Below are positions 1 through 11,898 of a DNA stretch of 64,000 nt, piece after piece. This stretch comes from Octopus sinensis (lineage: Eukaryota), in the NCBI RefSeq assembly GCF_006345805.1, contig NC_042998.1:22878001-22942000 (forward strand), in the 5' to 3' direction. The notes under the pieces are model-generated. The model did not search any database and was not told where the DNA came from. It worked only from the letters and a program-made list of their open reading frames with translations. Each line of letters opens with the position of its first letter. The stretch's first letter is position 1. The translations under genes were made by a program, and so were the position numbers.

Positions 1-14
1 CTTACTTGTTCCAG

Positions 15-208
15 TGATTAGACATTCTGTAAAGTAGTTGGCATTAGGAAGGGCATCCAGCCATAGAATCCATACCAAAACAGACAACAGGAACCTGGTA
101 CAGCATTCCGGCCTTGTCAGCTCCTGTCAAACCATCCAACCCATGCCAGCAGGGAAAATGGACATTGGATGATGATGACGACGATGGTGGTGGTGGTGGT
201 GGTGGTGG

Positions 209-243
<35 letters not shown>

Positions 244-300
244 CCGACGCCGACGCCGACCACGACGACCACGATGATGATGACGATGATTGATGACAGT
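15..300 (+). mobile_element. RTE-LINE 3' end (family C) with (GAT)n/(GGT)n tail
   Basis: gttggcattaggaagggcatccag...ccaacccatgccagc...gatgatgat matches the 3' UTR end of the RTE copy at 43378-44491. Confidence 0.75.
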
Positions 301-870
301 GATGATTCCAACTGATGTTCAAACAGCCTCTTCTGTTTCCCTGCACTCAACCCATCACAGCATCCCTGACAAGAGGAATACAAGTTTACATCTTTCCAGC
401 TGAGAAACTGACTCCTAATCCACCTCAGCCAGTGTGTTTCCTATTTACCAAACAGAACTTTACAACCATATTTATTACACTGTTCCACTAATATACCGTA
501 TTATTTATATCCATTTCACATTTGCCGTACTATTTATAAACAGTGTTTGAGCACATGTATGTGTGTGCATGTATGTACATAAGTGTATAAATGTGGGTGG
601 GTGGATGGGGTGCATGTATGTATATGTTTGTGTATGTCATTGTGTGTATATATATAGAGTATGCTATTTATAGACTTCTTTTAACAACCATTCTATTTAA
701 CATTCTCTATATTATTTTCGAAAATGGTTTACTGGCATTAAAGTACATGAATTGTAACAAAATAATACACAAGTAGGCATAACTTTTTCTATTAACTCAC
801 ATAGGGCAATAAAAAATTGCGCATATTTGTAAAATAATTCTTCTGCTAAACAAAGCTACTACTTAATATA

Positions 871-1440
871 TTGGGTTGTCCGGAAAGTTTGTGCCGATTT
901 ATAGTAGCTTACATTTCGACTTATTTTAGAACATGGTTGAGTCCATAAAATAGGATTTGACTACACCTCCATTTAGAGCACGGTTTAAGCTATCTTTTCG
1001 TGGAAGAAGTTTTATGTTCCTATAATCTGTGTTAATTCCGTAACCCTTTAAAATGGAAGATAAGAAAGTTCATTTTCGGCACTTGATGCTTTGGGAACCA
1101 GACAAAAATTGCTGCAGCTTGGCTGAGATGTGTTACCCCACCCTCCATATTCACCAGATATTGCGCCTTCGGATTTCCAGTTATTCAGGTCTCTGCAGAA
1201 TAGTCTTAATGGTAAAAATTTCAATTCCTTGGATGACATAAAAAGATACCTTGATGAATTAATTCTTTGCCATGAAACCACCTCAGTTCTGGGAAGAGGA
1301 TGTTTTCAAGTTAAAGGAAAGATGGAGACGCATTGTGCAACAAAATGGTTCATATTCGGTTGATTAAATATGTAATGGCAAGTATTTATTGACCTTTTTC
1401 TTTCCTTTAAAAATTGGCCCGAACTTTCTGGACAACCCAA
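871..1440 (+). mobile_element. Internally deleted mariner (570 bp) with TIRs and TA TSD
   Basis: 30-bp TIRs, 26/30 identical (ttgggttgtccggaaagtttgtgccgattt vs aaattggcccgaactttctggacaacccaa), TA on both sides. N-terminal MEDKKVHFRHLML is joined to C-terminal HPPYSPDIAPSDFQLFRSLQNSL (mariner YSPDLAPSD motif). Confidence 0.95.
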
Positions 1441-1860
1441 TAGTTTCCTTTGTGAGTGGCACAATTGCGCCATCATTGAACACAACTTTAGGAAACATAG
1501 ATCTGCACAGTTGTGCTAAATTCTTCATGGTCATTTCCACTCCAACTACATCATCATGTCTTTGACCCTGAAGATTGTCCTTCAATGGATCAAACATGAG
1601 AAAGCTGGACAAACCACTGACCGGCTCAATTTGCTGATCACCTTATTTATTACCAAAGATGTGCATGGCCATGTAGTGCCATGGTAAATGTAGATCCTTT
1701 TTGGATTCCTGCTTGGTCTCTTCTTCCTCTCAGTGGCTTTTCTAGGCTTTTTGGAATGTCCTGATGTACTGCTTGCTGTTCATGGTATACCCAATTCCAA
1801 GAAAATCAAGGAAAATGACACCATTATCAACCCCTGAAATAGTCCCTATAACTTTCTATG
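1441..1860 (-). pseudogene. Old degenerate mariner transposase, C-terminal half, interrupted by the 871-1440 element
   Basis: Frameshifted minus-strand translation: GVIFLDFLGIGYTMNSKQYIRTF, RKATERKKRP..IYIYHGTTWPCTS, LKDNLQGQRHDD, VQ*WRNCATHKGNY. It continues as IK* below position 870. Confidence 0.75.
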
Positions 1861-1955
1861 CTGATCACAAGTGCTTGAACAACAGAATTCTGCTTCACAC
1901 ATGGCATTATAACCTACCATAACTGGGGGATTTTTCATGAAAACTTAAATTATTC

Positions 1956-2095
1956 TGGTGTGTCTAGGGAGTCATTTTCTTTTTGTGCCTTATACTTTAA
2001 CACACTCACTGGTAAAATTTCCACTTATTTCTTATTTTTATTTTCCTAAAATTTTCGTTGCGTTTTGCAACCTTTTCAATAGTCTTCACACTGTC
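1956..2095 (-). mobile_element. Fragment of PLE-like terminal repeat (family P2)
   Basis: Aligns by eye to 44872-45000 (gagtcattttctttttgtgcctta...ttttcctaaaattttcgttgcg...ttgcaaccttttcaa). Confidence 0.7.
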
Positions 2096-2548
2096 CGTTA
2101 TTTACACTGCGTTCCCTTTTTGTTTGTTTGTGCACATGTGTGTGGGTCAGTGTGTGTGTGTATGCCTATGCATGCATGCATGTACGTATGTATGTGTGTA
2201 TGTATGTTTGCATGTGTGTGTATGTATGAATGTGGGTGTATGCATATGTATATATGTATGTATGTGTGTGCATCCACATGTATGTATTCTGCATATTCAT
2301 GTGCTTGCATGTCCGTGTTTGTGTATTTTTTATGTGTGTGTGTGTGAGCATGTGTTTGTATATGTATGCACTTCTGTCTCCTTGTGTGTGCATGTCTGTG
2401 TGTGTGTATGTGTGTGTGTGTGTGTTTTGCAACTATGTACCATGTTTGTACATATGGATGTGCAGTGGTTGCTCCAGCTTTCCCATGTTAGTTAGTGTTC
2501 TACATATGGGAAATCACAAAACTATGCAAAGACCAAATAAAAAAATTT

Positions 2549-3175
2549 GGATCTTTTCCTTTTGAACGGCAGACAATTTCTAGTTAACTAAACACTTTAA
2601 AATTTCGTATACTGGTAGAATGTGTCAAAATAAAACAATTTTTTTCTCTTGGCTTTCTTGAGAAAATTGTAATTTGTTTGTTTAACGTAGTTTAATTTTT
2701 CGAATTTTAACCAATCCTATGCTCTCTTTTGAGCTAAAATCATTTGCTGCGTCTAAAACTGATACAAACCTCCCCCCTAACCCTAACCCTAACCCTAAAT
2801 TTTTTTTTTCTTAATTGTTAAATTAATTTAATTGTTACACGTGTAAAAAAAACTAAAGCAATGGAATTAAATTAATTTAACAATTAAGAAAAATAATTAG
2901 TGTTAGGGTTAGGGGGGAGGTTTACGGTTAGTTACAGGATGTTGTCTCAGTTTTAGACGCAGCAAATGATTTTAGTTGAATGGAGGTAATCGATTGGTTA
3001 AAATTGCCGAAATGCTCAGATTTTCAGACGAAATATCTTACAAACTATAGAATTTTCTCAATAAAACCAAGAGAAAATGATGTTTTATAAACACATTCTA
3101 CCAGTATACGAAGTTTAAAAGTGTTTAGTTAACTAAAAATTGTGTTGACATCTGCCGTTCAAAAGGAAACGATCC
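2549..3175. mobile_element. Palindromic MITE (~627 bp) with long TIRs and internal TTAGGG repeats
   Basis: Ends ggatcttttccttttgaacggcaga and tctgccgttcaaaaggaaacgatcc. Inverted similarity runs almost to the centre. (CCCTAA)4 at 2775-2798 and (TTAGGG)2 at 2903-2914. Confidence 0.85.
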
Positions 3176-3458
3176 AAAAAATTTTCTGTGGGATTTAAAG
3201 CTTTCAACCCCAGAATTTTTTCCCAAGATTTGCATGCATTTTCTCTAAAATTTTGGTAAAACTATACAGTGTGGATGCTTATCAGATTGTTTATGACGAT
3301 GCCAATTATGCAGACACTATTTGTACCATTTGGGTTTTCTAATCTACCATGCATGTGCCATTTATTTCATTGTCATCAAGCTTTCCTTTAGCCATATCGA
3401 TAGTGAGGAATGAAAGAAAATGTAAAAACATGATAAATACTATAAGTATAAAATAGTT

Positions 3459-3846
3459 TGGAGGCGCAATGGCCCAGTGGTTAGGGCAGCGGACTCGCGG
3501 TCATAGGATCGCAGTTTCGATTCCCAGACCAGGCGTTGTGAGTGTTTATTGAGCGAAAACACCTAACAGCTCCACGAGGCTCCGGCAGGGGATGGTGGTG
3601 ATCCCTGCTGTACTCTTTCACCACAACTTTCTCTCACTCTTACTTCCTGTTTCTGTTGTACCTGTATTTCAAAGGGCCGGCCTTGTCACTCTCTGTGTCA
3701 CGCTGAATATCCCCGAGAACTACGTTAAGGGTACACGTGTCTGTGGAGTGCTCAGCCACTTACACGTTAATTTCACGAGCAGGCTGTTCCGTTGATTCGG
3801 ATCAACCAGAACCCTCATTGTCGTGACCGACGGAGAGCTTCCATAC
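3459..3846 (+). mobile_element. tRNA-derived SINE, family E
   Basis: A-box-like tggcccagtgg and B-box-like gtttcgattcc; 11-bp TSD ataaaatagtt at 3448-3458 and 3847-3857. Confidence 0.85.
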
Positions 3847-3872
3847 ATAAAATAGTTATGTTACATTTTCAT

Positions 3873-4115
3873 GGTAGCATAATTATTGCGGCTTTTTTCC
3901 AACAAACTTTATTCAACAAAGGCAATGACAACTTGTAACAAAAACATCTTTAAATGATTATTCCGGAGCATATTCACCATCTTCTTCAATTGCTGCTTCT
4001 CATTTCCTTGGCAGACGATCAGACCGTCATTTAAAGATGTTTGTGTTAAATTTTGTTATTGTTTTGTTGAATAAATTTGTTGAAAAAAAGCCACAGCAAT
4101 TATGCACCAACCCAG
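3873..4115 (-). mobile_element. Mariner-derived MITE
   Basis: Right TIR ...gcaattatgcaccaacccag|ta and an eroded left TIR (gcataattattgcggcttttttccaacaaac). Minus strand encodes DRLPRK*EAAIEEDGEYAPE*, a mariner C-terminus. Confidence 0.75.
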
Positions 4116-4158
<43 letters not shown>

Positions 4159-4172
4159 TCATACATATATAA

Positions 4173-4219
<47 letters not shown>

Positions 4220-4230
4220 TACATACATAC

Positions 4231-5300
4231 TGCCCCAACATGTCTTCACAAGCAAAGGGGGTTGGCATGGGTGCCTGTCGTACGGTCGCTTGGAGTATTT
4301 TACTGCCACGTGCCGGCCAAGTCGGATAGTGCTTTTTACGTACCACCAGGCCAGGGATCCTGGCTGGTTCAATTCGGTTTCGATTTCGATTTCGCTTGCC
4401 CCAACATGTCTTCGCAAGCATGGGGGGTTGGCCTGGGTGTCTGTCGTCGGATGAGGTTCTATATCGACTTCGCTTGCCTCAACCGGTCTTTGTGTCCAGG
4501 GAGGAAAGGCATTCATAAGTGGGCTGGGCTCCACTTGTCCTGCCTGGTCTTCTCAGTACAGAATATTTCCAAAAGGTCTCGAAATGACCAGAGACCGAGA
4601 CCTTTTGGAAATATTCTGTACGTGAGAAGACCAGGCAGGACAAGTGAGCCCAGCCCACTTATGAATGCCTTTCCTCCCTGGACACAAAGACTGGTTGAGG
4701 CAAGCGAAGTCGATATAGAACCTCATCGACGACAGACACCCATGCCAACCCCCCATGCTTGCGAAGACATGTTGGGGCAAGCGAAATCGAAATCGAAACC
4801 GAATTGAACCAGCCAGGATCCCTGGCCTGGTGGTACGTAAAAAGCACTATCCGACTCGTGGCCGTGGCACGTAAAATACTCCAATGCGACCGTACGACAG
4901 GCACCCATGCCAACCCCTTTGCTTGTGAAGACATGTTGGGGCAAGCGAAATCGAAATCGAATTGAACCAGCAGGATCCCTGGTCTGGTGGTACGTAAAAA
5001 GCACTATCCGACTCGTGGCCGATGCCAGCACCGCCTCGACTGGCTTCCGTGCCGGTGGCACATAAAATACACCAATTGACCGTGGCCGTTGCCAGCCCCG
5101 CCTGGCACCTGTGCAGGTGGCACGTAAAAAGCACCCACTACACTCACGGAGTGGTTGGCGTTAGGAAGGGCATCCAGCTGTAGAAACATTGCCAGATTAG
5201 ACTGGAGCCTGGTGCAGCCTTCTGGCTTCCCAGACCCGGGTCGAACCGTCCAACCCATGCTAGCATGGGAGAACGGGGACGTTTAAAACGACGATGATGA
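4231..5300 (+). mobile_element. RTE 3' UTR copy (family C) with fold-back inverted duplication at its 5' end
   Basis: 4231-4581 is the reverse complement of 4596-4943. Ends with the standard family C terminus and (GAT)n tail. Confidence 0.85.
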
Positions 5301-5372
5301 TGATGATGATATTATATATATACATACATATAGCTATATATATATATATTATATATATACATATATATAAAT

Positions 5373-5411
<39 letters not shown>

Positions 5412-5419
5412 CAAATACA

Positions 5420-5499
<80 letters not shown>

Positions 5500-6412
5500 G
5501 TATATATATATACTACTTTTCATATGGTTTGATATGGTATAATCTGATTTTGCAATGAAATATCTCTAACAATTTCAGTCTTTTAAACTGTTCAGAAACA
5601 TATCTTGTACGTAGCTGTTCAACTGGTAAATTCTTCTTTCCACTCAAATAATGTTAGGTGAATTTATATAATAGTCTGAGAGTTAAGTTAACACATCAAG
5701 AAGGTATTTCTGGAGGAGTAAAGTACATTTGCCTCCTTACTGTTCCTTAATATATCAAGTTACTATCACTTATTCTTGTGAGAATCAGAAATATTTAGAC
5801 TTACTCGATATATTTGGTAATAGTAAATACCTTGGGAGGTTTCTTTTAAAAGGGTTGCTGTATCATATAACTAATTAGGAGCTAAGAATCAGTTGAGCTG
5901 CACAAGGAATGGAATGCATTACTTTAATGGTGGAAATAATAAGTGTCCTCTGAGTAAACCTCCACTATGTATGATTGCTGCTTAAATATTCTAAAAAATC
6001 ATTATCATTTTGACATCTGCTCTTTATGATTCTGATATTGGGCTGCAGATTATTATCGGTTACATTAATGTTATTACTGAGTTGCCAAAAAGCTATAGAA
6101 TGCTGGAATAAATGCCTTGCAGTCTTAATCATTTCCTCTCTCTCTCTCTCTCTATCTTACTTGTTAAGTTCTTCATGTGTTCAAATCACACTCAGCTCTG
6201 GTTTGGGTTTCATACCCCTGGACCAATTAAAAATAAGCATCAGTTAACCAACAGGTTTCATATAAGAGATGATTCTCTTCCTCGGCAAGTGGTGGCAGTG
6301 GTATGGTGGTGGTGGTAGTGGTGCTGCTGCTGCTACTGCTACTGCTGCTGTTGTTGTTGTTGTTGTTGTCAAGCAACAAGACGAGAAAGAGTGATTAGGT
6401 GATGATCTAGGG

Positions 6413-6613
6413 CAGTGGTTTTCAACCAGGGTTCCGCCAGTACAGTCCAGGGGTTCCGCAAGAAGTTACAAAAATGCTAAAATCGACAGTAATTTTTAAT
6501 TCTCCTGTGCAGATATGTGTGCATAAGACAATTAAATTATTGCACAAGGGTTCCTCGAGCCAGTGAAATGTTTTCTTGGGGTTCCGCTCCAGCAAAAAGG
6601 TTGAAAAGCACTG
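6413..6613. mobile_element. hAT (Charlie-like) MITE, 201 bp
   Basis: TIRs cagtggttttcaacc / ggttgaaaagcactg (14/15); 8-bp TSD atctaggg at 6405-6412 and 6614-6621. Confidence 0.92.
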
Positions 6614-6779
6614 ATCTAGGGCTTAGGGGTGGGAGACCCCAGCCCTTGGAAAAAAAAAAACTTTGGTCATCTTGTTGTAGTCGAGGGCTCTTCGTTGACG
6701 CCCGACACCACAGGGAGGTGGCCCTCAAAGTTGCTGGAAATGGAGATCTCCAGGTCCAAATTCTTGAACGGCTGCTACT

Positions 6780-7240
6780 GCTGCTGGTGGTGCTGGCAGC
6801 GGGAGTAGCAGTGGCAAAAGTGGCAGTGGAAGAGGTAGCAGAGGTGAAACAGTGACAGTGGTGGAAGCAGCTACACTGAAAGCAATGGTGGCAGAGGTAG
6901 CAGCAGCAGCACCAGCAGCAGCAGCACCAGCAGCAGCAGCACAGGCAGTTGCAGTGACAGTGGTGACAGCAGTGACAACAGCAGCGGTGGCAGCAGCGGC
7001 GGTGGCAGCAGCGGCGGTGGCAGCAGCGGCGGTGGCAGCAGCGGCGGTGGCAGCAGCGGCGGTGGCAGCAGCGGCGGTGGCAGCAGCGGCGGTGGCAGCA
7101 GCAGCGGTAGCAGCAGCAGTGGCAGAAGCAGCAGCAGTGGCAGAAGCAGCAGCAGTGGCAGAAGCAGTAGCATTGCTTATATTGGCAATGATGATGGTAG
7201 TGGTGGTGGTGGTGGTGATGATGACGATATTGATGATGAC
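6780..7240. repeat. GCA/GTG triplet low-complexity tract with 15-bp minisatellite (gcagcggcggtggca)~8
   Basis: Direct reading; pure 15-mer array at about 6983-7100. Confidence 0.9.
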
Positions 7241-7577
7241 AGCTTTGGCAGAGACTAACAGTAGATTTTTGCCTACATCGAAGACTAAACCAAAAAAAAA
7301 CAACAAAAAAAAACAAACAAGGATCCTTAACAAGTTACCATTTTGACTACATTGCCTCCCCACCACCACCACCCTCACCACCACCCACATACCACCACCA
7401 ACGCCACCGCCACCGCCACCAACACCACCGGAGGTTAGGCTAAGTGACGGTATGAATAACAGAAATAACTGTGCTCCATCAATGTCAAACATGGAGGCAT
7501 ATTTGCAAATCAACCTTGAATAAATACTGACACACCCATTAAATCTGAATAACAGCAGAAACCAATAACCCCAGCGG

Positions 7578-7745
7578 TGCAGGTGTGGCTGTGTGGTAAG
7601 AAGGTATTTTTCTTAACCACATAGCCCCAGGTTCTGTCTCATTGGGTGGCACCTTGGGCAAACGTTTTCTACTATAGCCTCTGGTCAACCAAACACTTGT
7701 AAGTGGATTTTGTAGACGGAAACTGAAAAGAAGCCTGTCATATAT
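7578..7745 (+). mobile_element. SINE family A, 5' half
   Basis: gtggctgtgtggtaag...ccttgggcaa...ctgaaaagaagcctgtc followed by (TA)n. Confidence 0.75.
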
Positions 7746-7749
7746 ATGT

Positions 7750-7898
<149 letters not shown>

Positions 7899-7914
7899 GG
7901 AATATATTATATAT

Positions 7915-8080
7915 TTGGTGTTAGGAAGGGCATCCAGCTGTAGAAGCCATGCAAAATTAGACCGGAGTCTGGTGCAGCCTTCCAGCTTGCCAGCTCTGGT
8001 CAAACCATCCAACCCATGCCGGCATGGACAACAGATGTTAAATGATAGCGATGATGATGATGATGATAACGACGACGACA
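7915..8080 (+). mobile_element. RTE 3' end (family C)
   Basis: ttaggaagggcatccagctgtag...gttaaatgatagcgatgatgat. Confidence 0.75.
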
Positions 8081-8084
8081 ATAT

Positions 8085-8478
8085 TTACTCTTTTACTTGT
8101 TTCAGTCATTTGACTGCGGCCATGCTGGAGCACCGCCTTTAGTCGAGCAAATCGACCCCAGGACTTATTCTTTGTAAGCCTAGTACTTATTCTATCGGTA
8201 TCTTTTACTGAACCGCTAAATTACGGGGACTTAAACACACCAGCATCAGTTGTCAAGTGATGTTGAGGGGACAAACACAGACACACAAACACACACACAC
8301 ACAGATATATACATATACATATATACGACGGGCTTCTTTCTGTTTCCGTCTACCGAATCCACTCACAAGGCTTTGGTCGGCCCGAGGCTATTGTAGAAGA
8401 CACTTGCCCAAGGTGCCATGCAGTGGGACTGAACCCGGAACCATGTGGTTCATAAGCAAGCTACTTACCACACAGCCA
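8085..8478 (-). mobile_element. tRNA-derived SINE family A (CORE-like centre, internal microsatellite)
   Basis: Reverse complement of ggctgtgtggtaagtagcttgc...ccttgggcaagtgtcttc...gctccagcatggccgcagtcaaatgactgaaacaagtaaaagagt. Confidence 0.9.
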
Positions 8479-8501
8479 GTGTATGTATGTATGCATGTAA
8501 A

Positions 8502-8722
8502 AGGCAGCAAGCTGGCAGAAACATTAGCACGCCAGGCGAAATGCCAAGCAGTATTTCGTCTGCTGCTATATTCTGAGTTCAAATTCTGCCGAGGTCGACT
8601 TTGCCTTTCATCCTTTCGGGGTCGATTAAATAAGTAACAGTTACACACTGGGGTCGATATAATCGACTTAATCCATTTGTCTGTCCTTGTGTTTATCCCC
8701 TTATGGGTACTAAAGAAATAGG
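8502..8722 (+). mobile_element. tRNA-derived SINE family B
   Basis: agctggcagaa..gagttcaaattc (B box)..gtcgactttgcctttcatcctttcggggtcga (Meta/Sauria-like central domain, from memory)..aagaaatag. Confidence 0.85.
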
Positions 8723-9469
8723 TATGTATGCATGTATTTTGTGTGTGTTTGTGTCTGTGTTTGCCCCCTGCCACAATTTGACAATCAGTGCAGTGTGTTT
8801 ACGTTCCTGTAACTTAGTGGTTCAGCAAAAGAGACCGATAGAATAAGTACTAGTCTTTAAAACTTCTTCAGCATAATGCTCCAGCATGACCACAATCCAT
8901 TGATTCAAACCAGTAAAAGATAAAAGTTATAAACTCTGAGCAAAGATTTGCACTCCTAAAGATAAGCTCAGAAGAGCATCCATTGTCACACTTTGGACAA
9001 GTCCACCTTGCCTGGTTGTGCTATGGCTATACTAGAAAATGGGATTTTTGCTGTATGGTAGTGAGAAATAGTAGTCAAATCTTCCTCAATTCGCACCCTA
9101 AATAAGGTGAAAACATGTTGAATAATATAGTCCTACAGACACCCCTAAAATGACGAGGTGGTCAAGATTAGAATGACTTAGATCATAGGCTGGCTCTGTT
9201 ATGGCTGACCTGGTATTAAACCTTTCATTGTTCAGATTATTAGTCGAACATGTGTCATTTTGATTGCAGCCATGCTGGAGCACTGCCTTTAGTCGAACAT
9301 ATGATTTCCAAAATTATTTTAATTAATCATTCATTATCCCATAGCTTCAAGATTCCAATGACCATTTATTTTTACAATGGGATTTTAGGGTAGGTGTGAG
9401 AGGTCAGACCTGGCCAGTTTGAACATAAAACATGTAGAATATTTTGAAGCTCTCACACCATCTCGCCAT

Positions 9470-9650
9470 CTTGCTCAGTTTATTTTTTCTATAAATAAAT
9501 AAGCAGATGAGAGGAAACTGAACCAGTGAGTGTGTTAAATTAATAAGGCACTAAAAGAGAATGACTCTCCCAAGACACTACAAAATATGCTTCAACACAC
9601 GAATCCACATAAAGAATCTTGCAAACCAAATCTAAAAACGAAACAAAATA
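9470..9650 (+). mobile_element. Fragment of PLE-like terminal repeat (family P2)
   Basis: aatgactctcccaagacactacaaaatatgcttcaacacacgaa...gaatcttgcaaaccaaat matches 45078-45160. Confidence 0.7.
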
Positions 9651-10324
9651 TATTGTTTTCCACAAAAATGCAGAGGTTTGTCTTATACAAGCATGCATCT
9701 TATACATCTACAAATATGATGATCGTTTAGCTAACGATCTTTACAAGCTAATGAGCTTCTACACAGTCACCCACCCTGCCTAGGAAAAGTATTTCAAAGT
9801 GATTCCCAATTCAGAGTAAATTAGAAAATTGTAGAAGACAAATGTAACAGAATCGTTATAAACCTATCTCTCTGTCAATAAATTCAACTGTTAAAAGTTG
9901 AGAAAATGTTTAAACACATAATGGCCTGTAAATGGTACATGAAGATGAGGAGTGGCGTATATTGGTTCATGAGAAACAGTCTAACATAATAGACTCTGGT
10001 GGATGTTTGCAACATGATGGGAAAGGCAATAAAAACAAATACTGTCACAATGTGAGTTTTGAGAATTACATTAAGTCCCATTATACACAGATGGAGCAAT
10101 CTTCTCTCGGAACATATATCAGGGAAAGTCATAATCATTTTCAAATTAAATTGCTCACCAAATTGCCTCCACCACCACCACCACCGCCGCCACAACCACT
10201 GCCGCCACCGCCACCACCATCACCATCAGCCATGTAGGATTCAAATGAATTTGCATATGTCAATGACAACTACAGAAAATTAGAAATCCCCCTTAGGCAA
10301 GCAAGTCTTCTGCTATAGCCTCAG

Positions 10325-11050
10325 GAGGCGGCGAGCTGGCAGAAATGTTAGCAGGCCGGGCGAAATGTTTATCGATATTTCGTCTGCTGTTACGTTCTGA
10401 GTTCAAATTCCACCGAGGTCAACTTTGCCTTTCATCCTTTCGGGGTCGATAAATTAAGTACCAGTTACACACTGGGGTCGATGTAACCGACTTGATCCCT
10501 TTGTCTGTCCTTGTTTGTCCCCTCTATGTTTAGTCCCTTGTGGGCAATAAAGAAATAAGAAACGTTAGCATGCCGGGCGAAATGCTTAGCGGTATTTCGT
10601 CTGCCGTTACGTTCTGAGTTCAAATTCCGCAGAGGTCGACTTTGCCTTTCATCCTTTCAGGGTCGATAAATTAAGTACCAGTTACGCACTGGGGTTGATG
10701 TAATCAACTTAATCCGTTTATCTGTCCTTGTTTGTCCCTTCTATGTTTAGCCCCATGTAGACAATAAAGAAACAGCTATAGTCTCAGGTCGACCAAAGCC
10801 TTGTGAGTGGATTTGGTGGGCGGAAACTGAAAGAAGCCCGTCATATATATGTGTGTGTGTGTGTGTGTTTGTGTATCTGTATTTGTACCCCACCATTGCT
10901 TGACAACCAATGCTGGTGTGTTCAGCAAAATAGACCAATAGAATAAGTACCAGGTTTACAAAGAATAAGTCGTGGGGTCGATTTGTTCGACTAAAGGCGG
11001 TGCTCCAGCATGGCCGCAGTCAAGATGGCTGAAACAACTAAAAGAATATG
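10325..11050 (+). mobile_element. Composite: SINE B (10325-10560), 5'-truncated SINE B (10561-10773), 5'-truncated SINE A (10777-11050)
   Basis: Head-to-tail junctions aagaaataag|aaacgttagc and aagaaacag|ctatagtctcagg. Confidence 0.85.
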
Positions 11051-11322
11051 ATAAAAGAAGGATATCTTCAGGTTTTTTATCACAAAGAGAAAAGCGGTGG
11101 TAGTCTCAGTAACAACAAAACAAGCTCAGGGAAAAGACAACAGTGAGAAGAACAACAACAACGACGATAAGAACAAGAAGCACAGCCATGATTGCTACAA
11201 ATGTCAAGACTTCAACAATTAATAAAGTGAGGTTGAAAGATCAAGGATAATATTGTGGTAAAGAATATACATGAACTACTCCAAAAGTAGTAACAGAAAG
11301 ATGGGGAACATGGAACATTTTT

Positions 11323-11552
11323 ATTTCTTTATTGCCCACAAGGGGCTAAACATAGAGGGGACAAACAAGGACAGACAAACGGATTAAGTCAATTACATTG
11401 GCTCCAGTGCGTAACTGGTACTTATTTAATCGACCCCGAAAGGATGAAAGGTAAAGTCGACTTCGGTGGAATTTGAACTCAGAACGTAACGGGAGACGAA
11501 ATACTGCTAAGCATTTTGCCCCGCATGCTAATGATTCTGCCAGCTCACCGCC
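11323..11552 (-). mobile_element. SINE family B
   Basis: Reverse complement of the family B consensus. Confidence 0.85.
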
Positions 11553-11898
11553 GTGGAACATGGAAGATTGATTATTAAAATAATGATGATGATAAAATTT
11601 ATATATATTTGTATCTATATTTGTCTGTCTATCTATATCTATCATCATCATCATCATCAACCATCATTTTGAATCAGGGTTTTGTTCCTGTTAACGGGGG
11701 TGGTTGGATCTACCTCAATGCCATAGCAACCGCCCTCACACCGTCTCCCCCATCTTGCCCGATTTTGGATGTCCTCCCTTCTCAGGCCAACCCTCCCAAT
11801 CTCCTCATTCTTCACCTGTCCCCTCCCCATTTTCCTCGGTCTACCTCACTTTCGAACTTATAATGATTATCCAAAACAGCTGTAAGTCAGATTTACTA

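Noticed and set aside
2775-2914. Interstitial telomere or chromosome fusion site
   Set aside because: Only 4+2 hexamers, placed symmetrically within MITE arms.
6537-7513. Long Ala/Cys/Val-rich ORFs in several frames
   Set aside because: Produced by GCA/GTG triplet repeats that lack stops in most frames; no splice or domain support.
9932-10237. 101-aa ORF MVHEDEEWRIL...
   Set aside because: No recognisable domain, ends in a CCA repeat, no convincing splice sites.
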